Source: Marsupella aquatica (Eukaryota; Plantae; Marchantiophyta). Taken from it: a DNA stretch of 64,000 nucleotides. Location of the stretch: positions 18,838,357-18,902,356 of the forward strand of contig OZ316892.1 in assembly GCA_973895155.1 (NCBI GenBank). Reading direction: 5' to 3'. Of this stretch, positions 40,827-51,250 are shown piece by piece. A program made the translations under genes and the position numbers. Within the stretch, counting starts at the first letter, position 1. Each line of letters begins with the position of its first letter. Below the pieces are notes generated by a model. That model saw nothing but the letters and a program-made list of their open reading frames with translations, was not told the origin of the DNA and ran no database searches.

Positions 40827-42182
40827 ATTAAGTTGAAATTATGTCAAAACTATTTGTGAAACTATCTTGCTTATGCTTTTATATACCAGTTTAAAATGCT
40901 AGTTAAGATGACATAGTCAGGTCGGCACGAAATAATTCCGACCCACTTCTAGAAACTATGTTAGTAATCACATAAAGGGGTACAGTAAGTTCTACACATG
41001 CTAGACTGTGGATAAAGGTCTAGAATGAGTAAAATATATGATCTAGAACCTAATGTGTAAATCTTAATCTAGGTTTGGCTTAAAGGTATTGAATTAAATG
41101 TAGTTGAGCTAGTACTTCTAAGATAAATAAATAAAATCACTAACCTGCTCCGCAATATATCTTTGTCCACCCTTGTACAAGCTAAATGGGTACCTTGGAT
41201 GCCAGCATTGTAACTCTTAGCACCATAGTGCTCACCAGTGCCCTTACTAAACCTTGCATTCAACCATGCGGACCTAAACAAGGCACTCGGACAGAGGAGA
41301 GTCAGTGATCGTACCAATCACTGTCTAAATGACAATGAACCAAAAAATGGATTCTGGGAGGTCTATACTCAGTTTGAGAGGCAAAAAGCCCACACATTAC
41401 CCAGCACACGAGTGGACACCAACAGATCGGGCACGGGTGGATGAGGCACGCACCCAGCACACAAGTAGACATCGGATAGGGTGTCAGCCAATCACTCACG
41501 AGTGATAGGTGAGTTGCGAGCACACACCGCTGACAGCTCGGAAGTTTAAAATTGGTAGGTGAGTCGCGAGTGGTCGTGAGTGGTCACACCATCGGTGACT
41601 CACGATCACATGCACTGAGGAGGGTCTCCATCATTGGCGCGCATTGATGCCTCCGTACCCTCTCGGATCCTTGCCTCCTCGGACTCCTCGCTCGCAGGGG
41701 GTATAGGAAGGTAGGCCTTGCGCTTGAGGCCTCATTTCCTTGCCTCCCTCTTGCCTCCTCTCTCGTCTCCTCACTCCTTGCCTCCCTCTTGCCTCGCTCT
41801 AGGGCTTTTGTTTTTGCCTCGCTCTTGGGATTTGTTTTCCGCCTCGCTCTAAGGCTTTTATTTCCGCCTTGCTCCCTTCCCTTTTGGGTCGCTCCCTCGA
41901 TCATTGTTTGCCTGTTAGTGCCCTCTTGCAGCCTATGGCATTCTCCATTGCTGCCACGTGTCATCTTAAATCTCACTCGCCCCTTACAATGTCTACTTCC
42001 TCCAGTTCTGAAGCTTCCACCACCTCCGCCAGTTCTCAAGAGTCATTGAACTTCAATTATAACTCTCTGTATGAATATGACCCTGAAGACCCGGATGTCC
42101 AAAATTTGGTTAACAATGCGTTGGAGGCGTCAAAGAAAGCCCAGTTAACTTTTCCACGTAAGGCACCACCTGCTTCAACATC

Positions 42183-42853
42183 TTGCCTCGCCCTAAGGGC
42201 GAGGCAACTTTACTTTAATTTGGATTTCAAACTTCTTATTAGGAAAATTTCTATATTCCTTTGCAGTCGCCTCGCCCCAAGGTCGAGGCGACGTCTACTT
42301 CATTCTAGATTTCTTGTTGCTCCGAAGGCGTATTGGACCTTGTATCTTATATTAATAAAGGATCTTTAGCTATATTCTATTTTTTGCCTCGCTCTTGGGG
42401 CGAGGCGATGTCGTCTGCATTCCTCAAATGTAGTCTGCATTCCCAGAAGTTGCCTCGCCCTTGGGGCGAGGCGATGTTATCTGCATTCCTAAATGTTGTC
42501 TGCATTCCCAGAAGTTGCCTCGCCCCAAGGGCGAGGCGATGTCCTCTACATTCCTAAATGTTGTCTGCTTTCCCAGAAGTTGCCTCGCCCTTGGGGCGAA
42601 GCGATGTCCTCTGCATTCCTAAATGTTGTCTGCTTTCCAGAAGTTGCCTCGCCCTTGGGGCGAGGCGATGTTGTCTGCATTCCTAAATGTTGTTTGCTTT
42701 CCTAGACGTTGCCTCGCCCCAAGGGCGAGGCGATGTCGTCTGCATTCCTAAATAATGTTTGATTGCTTAGATGAGGTGGCAGGGCTAATTGCACTAGGAG
42801 CAAAGAAGATTCTGCAATCTTCTATTTGTCGCCTCGCCCCAAGGGCGAGGCAC
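42183..42853. repeat. Nine GCCTCGCCC-NNN-GGGCGAGGC palindromes in intron 1 (central six at ~65-bp period)
   Basis: Copies at ~42183, 42266, 42384, 42450, 42515, 42580, 42644, 42709, 42829. Confidence 0.95.
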
Positions 42854-44508
42854 CTTGAAAGTTTTCCACATGTCAATGTTAAAAATATGATGCTGACCAT
42901 TTTGTTTTCAATGTTTCTTACCAGGAAAAAATCTTGAGAAGCCGAAGTTAAATATTATGGACGAGGATATCAAGGACTTTGTTTTCCCTGACCAAGATAC
43001 TCCAGGATTTAGATGGGCACTAGAAGTTGGGGTGTCGGCGGAAGGCAGTCTCTTGATTTGTTTCAAGGGCCTCACAAGTCAATTGAATGACCGCAAGACA
43101 ATTGTTACTCTAGGTCCAGTCGTCCTTGTGAACACGGACAACAACCGCAATGCAACGATTATTGTTGAGTCCAATGAGAAATCTCAGTGGATGAGACTTC
43201 TAGTGCCAATAAATCTCTACTCGACTTTACTGAATGTTGAGTGGATGGCTTGATTGGAGATAAGCGTAGCTGATATGGGATTCTTCCCAGATGGAGTAAC
43301 AATTGATCAGATGTTTGAGAAGACGCATTCTCAAATAAGTGGAGTTGACCTAGTGTTTGGATTTCTCTACGTAAAGAAGCACATACATGACAATGCGGAC
43401 AGTGTGGACCCTCCGTCTACTTGGATAGTTCAAAGGATGATTGATAAGGCACATTTTTCATACGAGCAAGCAATCGACAAGAGTTTCATTTTTTGTCCAG
43501 AGTTTCAAGAGGCCGCGTGCCGGACGTGGATTTCAGAGATGAAGAAAAAAGAAGCAAAGCATAAGGCAAAGGAGAGAAAGAAGACAGTGGAAAGAAGTGC
43601 GCAATCAAAGACAGAGAAGAAACGAAAGCTTCAAGAGCCGGTTGTTCAACAAGAGAAACAATCTGGGAGTTCACGCCGTAAGAAGATGGCTAAAAAAAAT
43701 GAAGATGATGAGGGCCCCCAAAAAAAGCAGACAAAGAAGGCAAAGGTTGCGAAATCAAAACCAATGTCAGGGTCGACTTCAAACTTTGTCTTGCATCCAG
43801 AGGATGATATGTGTCCGACAGAAGGACCCAAAGAAGATGATGTGCTCAAAGGCCAAGAGGTTTTGCGTAATATTGAGCAGTATTATCCTTTTGGCATCCG
43901 CGAAGTTTTTGATATTCCTGTAAAAAGTATTAATCCGCCATCGGCCGTTTTTGTATATCGAATGTTCAATCTTTCGCATGCAATGCAGATATCAAAGTCT
44001 ATGATGAAAAACCCTGGACAGGAACCACAAGTTGCTGATTTGATTCCGTATCGCGAGAGCACTAAACAGTTGCTTCATTATGACAACACACCTCAGGATA
44101 GGAAAGAGTTTTTGATTGGTGTGAAGAAGCATGAGATCCAATTCCTTGCCATCAGTGGCCAGCATTCTGCAAGAGCTGCCCAATGGATCCAAGGGTGGGC
44201 CGAGACTGACAGATCTTGCCAACAAACTAAAGTATAGGAAAGCAAGGATCCTATCTGACCTCACTCCGAAGACAATTTTGGTTGAGCATTCAAGTTTATC
44301 GAATGCTGTCAATGATACTATGCAATTTAAGTCTTGTTTTTTAGAGACTATTGTTCATGCACGAAGGCAGTTTGAGGAGTGCGGGAAACCGCCGCGTCCA
44401 GGGATTGGGACCAATCAAAATACAGACAGGAAAAACTATCAGGTACATGTTGGAGCAACGCAAACTATTCTTGATCCGCTTTGTTTAAAGATTGTCAATG
44501 GTAAAGGT

Positions 44509-44693
44509 TTGCCTCGCCCCAAGGGCGAGGCTGCCTTTTCTTGTTTTCCTTGGTTAGAAGATTAAAGCAAATGTTTGCCTCGCCCTCAGGGCAAGGCAAC
44601 CTAGACTAGTCTCTCTAAGAATAATTCCCTAGTTCCATTTCAGTCAATTGCGGTTAGATGTAGAGGTTCACCACGCCCTTGGGGCGAGGCGGC
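44509..44693. repeat. Three more copies of the same palindrome in intron 2
   Basis: TTGCCTCGCCCCAAGGGCGAGGC (~44509), TTGCCTCGCCCTCAGGGCAAGGCAA (~44575), CGCCCTTGGGGCGAGGC (~44674). Confidence 0.9.
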
Positions 44694-47395
44694 TTAGCCT
44701 GTTTCAAACATAGGTATAAATTTTCTAACATACGCATTGTACCCTGAAACTAATATCAAGTCCATTGGATATGCAGGATTGGTTTGCCCTGGCAAAGGTT
44801 ACAATGGGGAAGTCAAGCCTAAAGAGCATTTATTGGTTACTTTTTGCCGAAGATGAGCTCTTTGAATTATGGCGGAACGTGTGTGCAAAATGGTTGAGTG
44901 GGAAGCTCCAAGATGGGGCTGGTGGGTATGGAGGGCCAAGACCCCCAAAATTGATCACTCCCGGTACCTTTCGATGCTTTGAAGGAGAGATTAGTAGCAA
45001 ACAGATAATTGAGATCTTGAAGGACGTTGAAGAGGAGCGTGTCTTGCTGAAGAAGGATATCACCAACAAATCAGAGCTTGTCGCAATGGGAGACTTGGCC
45101 CTTACAATCAAGATAATGTCCAAATTGAGAACAGTCATTATTGGCTATTTCGTGGAAAAGTATCGTGAGAAGTTTCCTGTTGGCACATCTTGGGAGTCTC
45201 TGGTGATATTGTTGCCTTCCTTGAAATCTGAGCTTGAGATGACAAAATTGAGGAGAGCAGCGGGTGAGGTTTACCTCAACAATTCATTGAAGAAGAATGT
45301 GGTCAAGGAGAGTTTCCCACAAAGTCTGATGGTCAGACTAGATGGGTTGTATTGTAAAGAATTTGGTGGGATTGGTCATTCTCGCACGGAGCCTTTCTTG
45401 ACATTTTTTAGTGAGAATTTGATGAAGACGACCGTGCCGGAAATGCTACAAGAGCCTTCGCCTTTGTGTCCTCTTGCCATTGTTGACTTCAGTAGGCTCC
45501 GACAACATGTTTGGACCGATGCTGAAATTATTGCATTACTGCAATACATTGTGGATCTTCCAAGAAATCCAACAATTGTTGTTGTCATGACTGTGCATCC
45601 GGGGCCACTTGCTGCAAACATTTTGAGTGCCCTTAGGAAATTGCAACATGAAAAGGGAATGGACATCCACGTCGACTACGGGAGCTATCGACGGAGTGAT
45701 ACACCAGTTCCAGAGGGCTTACTTTTCAGTTGTGGTATGGAGGAGATAATCTTTGCAGGAATCACCACTAAGGAGAAATTTGATTGGAAGCAAGTGTTCA
45801 GGCCTGGATTTAATTGCCAATTTTCTTACAATTTGGCGATCGACCCTGATTTCCAAGTGGAAGACAAGACGGAGAAGCGAGATAAGAATAAGAGTAAGAC
45901 AAGTAAGGAGACAGAGACTGAGTCAACTTCGGCATTTCACATTGGAGACTTCTTACGAAAGGCTCCCATGTTTGAGATGGTGGGAAGTAGAGGTGGCTTT
46001 GTGAATATTCACGCTAAGCCAAAATGTATGCTGCAGAGTATTATTGAATTTTTTTCGGCTGAAGGGGAGACTATACTTGACTTTTTCTCGGGAGGACAGG
46101 TTATGAAGGTGTCATTGTTGTGTTTCAGAGAATGTTTTGCGTATTCAGACACTGAGGATGAATATGATTTCACTCAGGCATATGGAAGGGTTCTTTGCGA
46201 GAAAGTTCCTTCCATAATGAGTGACCGGATGGGCGGTTCCAAATTTGGTAGGGCCCGCGATGGGGTTTCCGAGCATGTTGGTGCCAAAGAAGGCGTAGAC
46301 CAGGGCGAAGATGATATTGAGGAAGGAGAATTGGGTCACGACACAGACGACATGGTCACCCAAAATTTGGATGAACGTGGAACACAAGTGGTAGGTATTC
46401 CCTACTTTGGTGTGGGGTTGGCTGATGTTGTGGGTTGACCTGAGGGCGACCCACCAAGAAATCCCTTTGCCGATGTAGAGAATTGGATGCACCAATCGGA
46501 CCCAGATCTTACATCGTCCACATCGGACGCACATTGGAAGGCAACCGCAGATGGTCTAGGCAATATTGACGCAGTAGAATTGGGAGAAATGTCAGACATT
46601 GCGCTTGCAAAGGAGGATGATCGTCAAGTACCTGAGACCGCTGCAAATGAAGAAGAGAAGGCAGGTGCTTCAAATCCTCCCCTGTCTCCTCTATATTGCT
46701 CATCAGAGACTAAATTGGTTTTTACAAGTGCTTCTACATGAAGCCCCGTAGTATTATCATTTTCACAAAATTCTGGATCCAAGATCGGCAGGACTGGGTA
46801 TATGAAAACAGTCCGTCCTGCAACTCATTTTATATGGAGAAATGGACCAAAGGTTGGAATGATAGAATCACTAGACGATGCTCCAAAGATAATGGCAAAA
46901 TCAGATTACAAAAAACTGAACTTGAGACTGAGCCCAGTTTTTGCACCCCCATCCTTTGAAGAGCAACTTCCCAGTGGTATCAATTCCGAGATACAGAGTG
47001 TTCTAGGTGATCAAACAATAGATGAATTTGGGCATTTTAGCATTGGAAATTATTAGCCCTTTCTTTGGTTCTTGGTATTTTAATGACAATCTAAGCTTTA
47101 TCTTTGTAATAATATACTTTTTTACAGACCAAAGTTCCGTCGTAGAATCTCCTTCCTCAAAGGATTTTGTCGGCATTCCCTTGGAAAGCGTTGCTGTGGA
47201 GGAAGGGTTTGACCCAGGTATACTTTGGATCTAAAAAATGGAAATTGAATGTAATTAATGTTTTTCTAGGAGGGTCGCCCCAGGGTCGTTCCTCTCTACT
47301 TTCAAATGCTATAACAAATTTTGTTTGATTTCAAATTTTGAGAGTTTTCCTCCGTAGTAATTGTTTAAACTTTGAGTCGCATTGACTAAGGGCTT

Positions 47396-48451
47396 ATGTT
47401 AATGTTTCCAGAATTCACTCCAATACTACACTCTCCGATCCGGCGAAAGCTCTTGGTTCTTGACCTTAACAAGATTTGTTGGGATTGCATTAAGACCAGA
47501 AGCTCAGGACCATGGCGAAATCAGACAAGTTTACGTGGTGTGCACTGGGGGAGACGTGGAGGGTTTAATTTCATGTATGTGGAGCGCCCATACCTCCACA
47601 AATTTCTATATGCAGCTTTCATGGTTTTTGACGTCGCAATTTGGACCTGTGCAAGGAGGCCAAAAACAATGGACTTAATGGAGTTGATTTTCACTGAGGA
47701 GGAGCGACAAAAGTTCAAGTTTGTCTTTACTCAAGAAGATACCTTTGATAGTTGCATCCAAAGGCCAGATATAACAGATGGGAAGGCCAATTTACTTCTG
47801 AAGAATTTGCAAACCATTTGGGACCGTTTTCCAGAAAAATATGATGCTTCTAATACAGTTCTTATTGATGATTCTCCATTGAAGGCATTTTTGAATTATG
47901 ACGTGAATGGATTGTTTCCAAATCCATTTACTCACACAGCTTCAAATGACACTTTTTTGCCCGAGATATTATGGCCGTATCTTTGCAAATTGAGAAAGGC
48001 TTACTGCGTTCAACATTATATCACTGTCAACAATCCAAAGTGGTCTGTTTTCAATTTATTAACAAGCAAGGAGGATCATGCTGCCATCTATGCTCTTTTG
48101 GAACAGAAGTGGGGAGATTGTCGTTGTATCCATAGGGAGTTTGGAACCATCTTGGATGTGACTCCTGAAGAGATTCCTTGGGACGGAAAGAATGAGGTGC
48201 AGCATTACCCACCACTGGAGACGTGGACCACGGATGAGATCAAAGAAACTACAAACGTAATACTTGGAGACAACTATTCTGGTCCTCATACACAAAATAG
48301 AAGGCATTTTATTTGGAAAGTTCTCAGAACTAGGGATCTCACCAATAAGTTTAAGAACCACCATGCGAGAGATACTTGCAACCGTGACATCCCCCATGAT
48401 AAATCAGGAAGCAGACTTTCTTGTTCAAATGAGTTTTGTCTTGATCATTAG
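47396..48451 (+). CDS. FCP1/SCP/NIF-family HAD phosphatase-like ORF (possibly the last exon of the upstream gene)
   Basis: RKLLVLDLNK, ERPYLHKFL..FDVAIWT, KNLQTIW..YDASNTVLIDDSPLK; motif I reads DLN rather than DLD; intact 351-aa frame. Confidence 0.85.
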   Translation: MLMFPEFTPILHSPIRRKLLVLDLNKICWDCIKTRSSGPWRNQTSLRGVHWGRRGGFNFMYVERPYLHKFLYAAFMVFDVAIWTCARRPKTMDLMELIFTEEERQKFKFVFTQEDTFDSCIQRPDITDGKANLLLKNLQTIWDRFPEKYDASNTVLIDDSPLKAFLNYDVNGLFPNPFTHTASNDTFLPEILWPYLCKLRKAYCVQHYITVNNPKWSVFNLLTSKEDHAAIYALLEQKWGDCRCIHREFGTILDVTPEEIPWDGKNEVQHYPPLETWTTDEIKETTNVILGDNYSGPHTQNRRHFIWKVLRTRDLTNKFKNHHARDTCNRDIPHDKSGSRLSCSNEFCLDH

Positions 48452-48920
48452 GAGATAGGGTTGCTCTAGTGCCTACCTTGAATTGTACATTCATATTATG
48501 TCTTGAAAGGATATGTTTTGAACATGTAGGATAAAGTAAATAATTAGGATATATGCTTAGTGTGAGGCTCTCTCACTGGACTGGACAATTTAATAATTAT
48601 ATAGTGGGTCAATCTCATTTTGACCCTTGATTTATGACCATCTATATTTTTTAATTTATAGATGGTCTGAGTGGTATTGGCCTCTGATTTTTGGACTAAA
48701 TTAAATTTACTCTAATTTTTAAATTAATTAGAATATATGATTTAAGTTATTATTAAACATTTGGGTGAAAAAAAACAAAATTTTGGGCGTTCAAAAGTGT
48801 ATATTTGGGCTGAAAAAAATTAGCTTTTGGGAATGCTTTAATAGAAATTTGGCCTTAAAAAAAATAACTTTAGGGTTCATCTTATGGACTTTTAAAAGTA
48901 CAGTTTTAATGAATATAGTG

Positions 48921-49330
48921 AATATGATCCTGCCATCCATGGTGGAGAATATATTGTTGATACCAACTCCTTGATTTGTGAAATTTATCCATCCTTGGAG
49001 AATATGATGACAAGTTCCTAAGCAAGAACAATATTGACGCCAACAAACAAGGAGGCACTAAAAATCAATAGTTCAATATTGGAAGGGCTCGCAAGAGATG
49101 CCCACACCTTCTATAGTATAGATCGGTCGGATCAATTGGAAGGATGTGACTTTTACCCTATTGAGTTCTTGAATACGCTAACACCTAGCAGTTTTCCTCC
49201 GCACAAGCTGGTACTTAAGGTTGGATGCCTTGTTATTTTTCTACGTAATATTGATTTCATTACAGAATTATGTAACGGGACAGAAGTCATAGTACGTACA
49301 ATCAATAGTAGTGTCATAGAGAACAAGAAG
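48921..49330 (+). pseudogene. Helitron PIF1-like helicase fragment, 3' of insertion
   Basis: LICEIYP..ILTPTN..IN..IL..YSID..YPIEFLNTLTPSSFPPHKLVLKVGCLVIFLRNID..LCNGT. Confidence 0.9.
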
Positions 49331-49642
49331 CCTTAAAGGATGGGTCTAAGGCCTTAATTCCTTTTTCCAAAAAATTATGATTTTTAGAAATGTAGTCCTA
49401 AAACAAGCAATAAAATCAGCATATTTGTTTGACATTCACCCTTTGCATTTTAAACTAGACTTTACGTCAATGTTTGAGACAAAACATATTCAAAACTTGA
49501 TTTTCATAGAATTGACCTGTCAAAAACAATCATTTATATCATAGTCTAGGCTCCAAGGCCATTGACATCTCAAAACTTGCAAGTAAAGTCTACTTCTATG
49601 CAACTACAACAACCCTAAAATGTCTTACAGAAATATCCTCAG

Positions 49643-51250
49643 CTAATCATCTCTTGTTTCCTCAACACTTCCAACAACTCCTGAAGAGTCAAGTCCTATG
49701 ATTTCCTCCTCTCCAACTCCTATCTCTGGTATTGGTAGAATGGTCTCTTGAACATCAACATCTAAATCCACCATGCCTTTGCCATCATCTTCCTCAATGT
49801 TGTCCACCAGGTTTAGAATTCTCCCTTTCAAGACACTGCTCTGGCGCTCATCAATTTCTACAGTAACACAATGTCTTCCTTGTGCCAAAGAGGAAGACAA
49901 TCCTGTGCCTGACCCTGAACAAATATCTAGCACCCAGTCTCCAACCTGGCTAAAGTGGGTAACTTCCCAATCCAATAACACTCTTGGCTTTTGGTAAAAG
50001 TTCACCATCTTATTGTCCCCGTTGTGTTTCAACTTATTGGTCATAGCTGGACACACAACCACATTATTTTGAGACTCATTAGTCTCAAAATTGAAATGCT
50101 CCAAAGACCGTTTCCCATCCTGACTATGAAAGCCAATGGTGAAACACTCAAAATTGTTGTTAAGCCTTGCACCTCCTGCATTCTTAACATTGTCTTTCAC
50201 CCTGCAAAAACCAAAACTTGCATTATGGATTTGTTTCAAAATCAAACATCATGAAATCATGAACACCAAAAAAACATATTCACCTGTTGAAATGTTTCTT
50301 ACCAAATACAATTCTGGAAACCACCATTACACTCAGCTTTCAAGACAGTCTTGACAACATCATACTGGTCAATACTATGATGAATGATAATTCGCCAAAG
50401 ATTTGCCTTGGTGACAACCTTGAAGGACTGAACCATCTTGGTCACCTCTTCCACACCCCATCCAACATTGTCTTCGTGAAGACAAGCAGTCATTCCAAAC
50501 CCATAAGGAATATCTGCCAAAGCCAATGTGTAAGCTCGTAATGGGATTACCTCGTGCAACCGCTGAGCATCGTGTGTAAAGATATCATAGTACACATCCC
50601 CAAACTGTGGATGCTCAAAAGCATTAGGATGAAGTTCACTTCCCTGGGTCTCTTGGCAAGATTTCTTCATTGCCAACTAGTTCTGTGCTTGTGCAATATG
50701 TGCATTGAACTTATCTGGGAAGGACTTCAACTCTTTGCTTTCTTCATTCTCTCCCTTCTTTTTCCCGGAGATGCTGTCTTTCTGAGAAAACAAAATTGGG
50801 TACATGAGATTCCTACATACTTAAGAATAAAACTGTAAAACAAATGCTCAGTCAATCTCAAATAAACTTACCCAAGTCTGGAAGACAGGAACAAAATTCT
50901 TCAGCACATTATCAGTGCAGTGTTCTAGGTACTTGGTTTTGCAATTCTTCCAACTCTCTTCGTGAAGACAGGTAAGAAATGCTTTTTGAACTTGCATTTG
51001 GAATTTGTGTCGTTGAAATTCCTGCCCCATCTCTTGAAGAGATAATTCCTTTGCCAAAACCCTTTGTAGCATTGGACAGATCTTGTCCGGATCTTTCAAT
51101 GCTTGCATGTGTCTCCACTCAGTCAACTTCATATCCTCACATAGCATTTTAGCATCTCCAGACTTGGACATCTTTTTCTTGGTCTTATCTCCTTTCTGTC
51201 CTTTTATCTCACAATTCTCCCATCTGTCAAAGATCTGTCGTATGAAAGAC
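49643..51250 (-). pseudogene. Beta-class N4-cytosine/N6-adenine DNA methyltransferase gene (intron-containing, 5' part cut off by CACTA insertion)
   Basis: LALADIPYG (motif IV), CIW|VKDN across in-frame intron 50202-50302, FYQKPRVLL (X), WVLDICSGSGT (I), GRHCVTVEIDERQ (II); another intron ~50782-50871; one stop upstream of the catalytic domain. Confidence 0.88.

Larger units (their letters stand above)
41989..46741 (+). pseudogene. Multi-exon gene: ParB/Srx-like domain plus degenerate N4/N6 DNA methyltransferase-like domain
   Basis: Exon 1 41989-42157; introns 42158-42924 and 44443-44776 both splice in frame; FDIPVKSI..FLAISGQHSARA (ParB/DndB DGQHR-like); HAKPKCMLQSIIEFFSAEGETILDFFSGG (MTase motifs X/I); stops at 43251 and 46436, frameshift ~44200. 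Confidence 0.75.
35657..48920. mobile_element. 13.26-kb TIR DNA transposon with Sola-like/DUF7869 transposase and ParB-like/MTase-like/FCP1-like cargo
   Basis: Perfect 20-bp TIR CACTATATTCATTAAAACTG (35657-35676) / CAGTTTTAATGAATATAGTG (48901-48920); flanks TAT/AAT; removing it plus 3 bp restores the Helitron helicase frame. Confidence 0.9.

Noticed and set aside
42183-42853. CRISPR array (palindromic repeats with ~40-bp spacers)
   Set aside because: Central spacers are copies of each other, outer spacing is irregular, no cas genes are present and the array lies in a spliceosomal intron
35300-49330. Helitron that captured the ParB/MTase/FCP1 genes
   Set aside because: The genes lie inside perfect TIRs that split the helicase gene, so the Helitron is the target, not the carrier
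41989-51250. Bacterial contamination or recent horizontal insert explaining the MTase/ParB genes
   Set aside because: The genes have in-frame GT-AG introns and are interleaved with plant transposons
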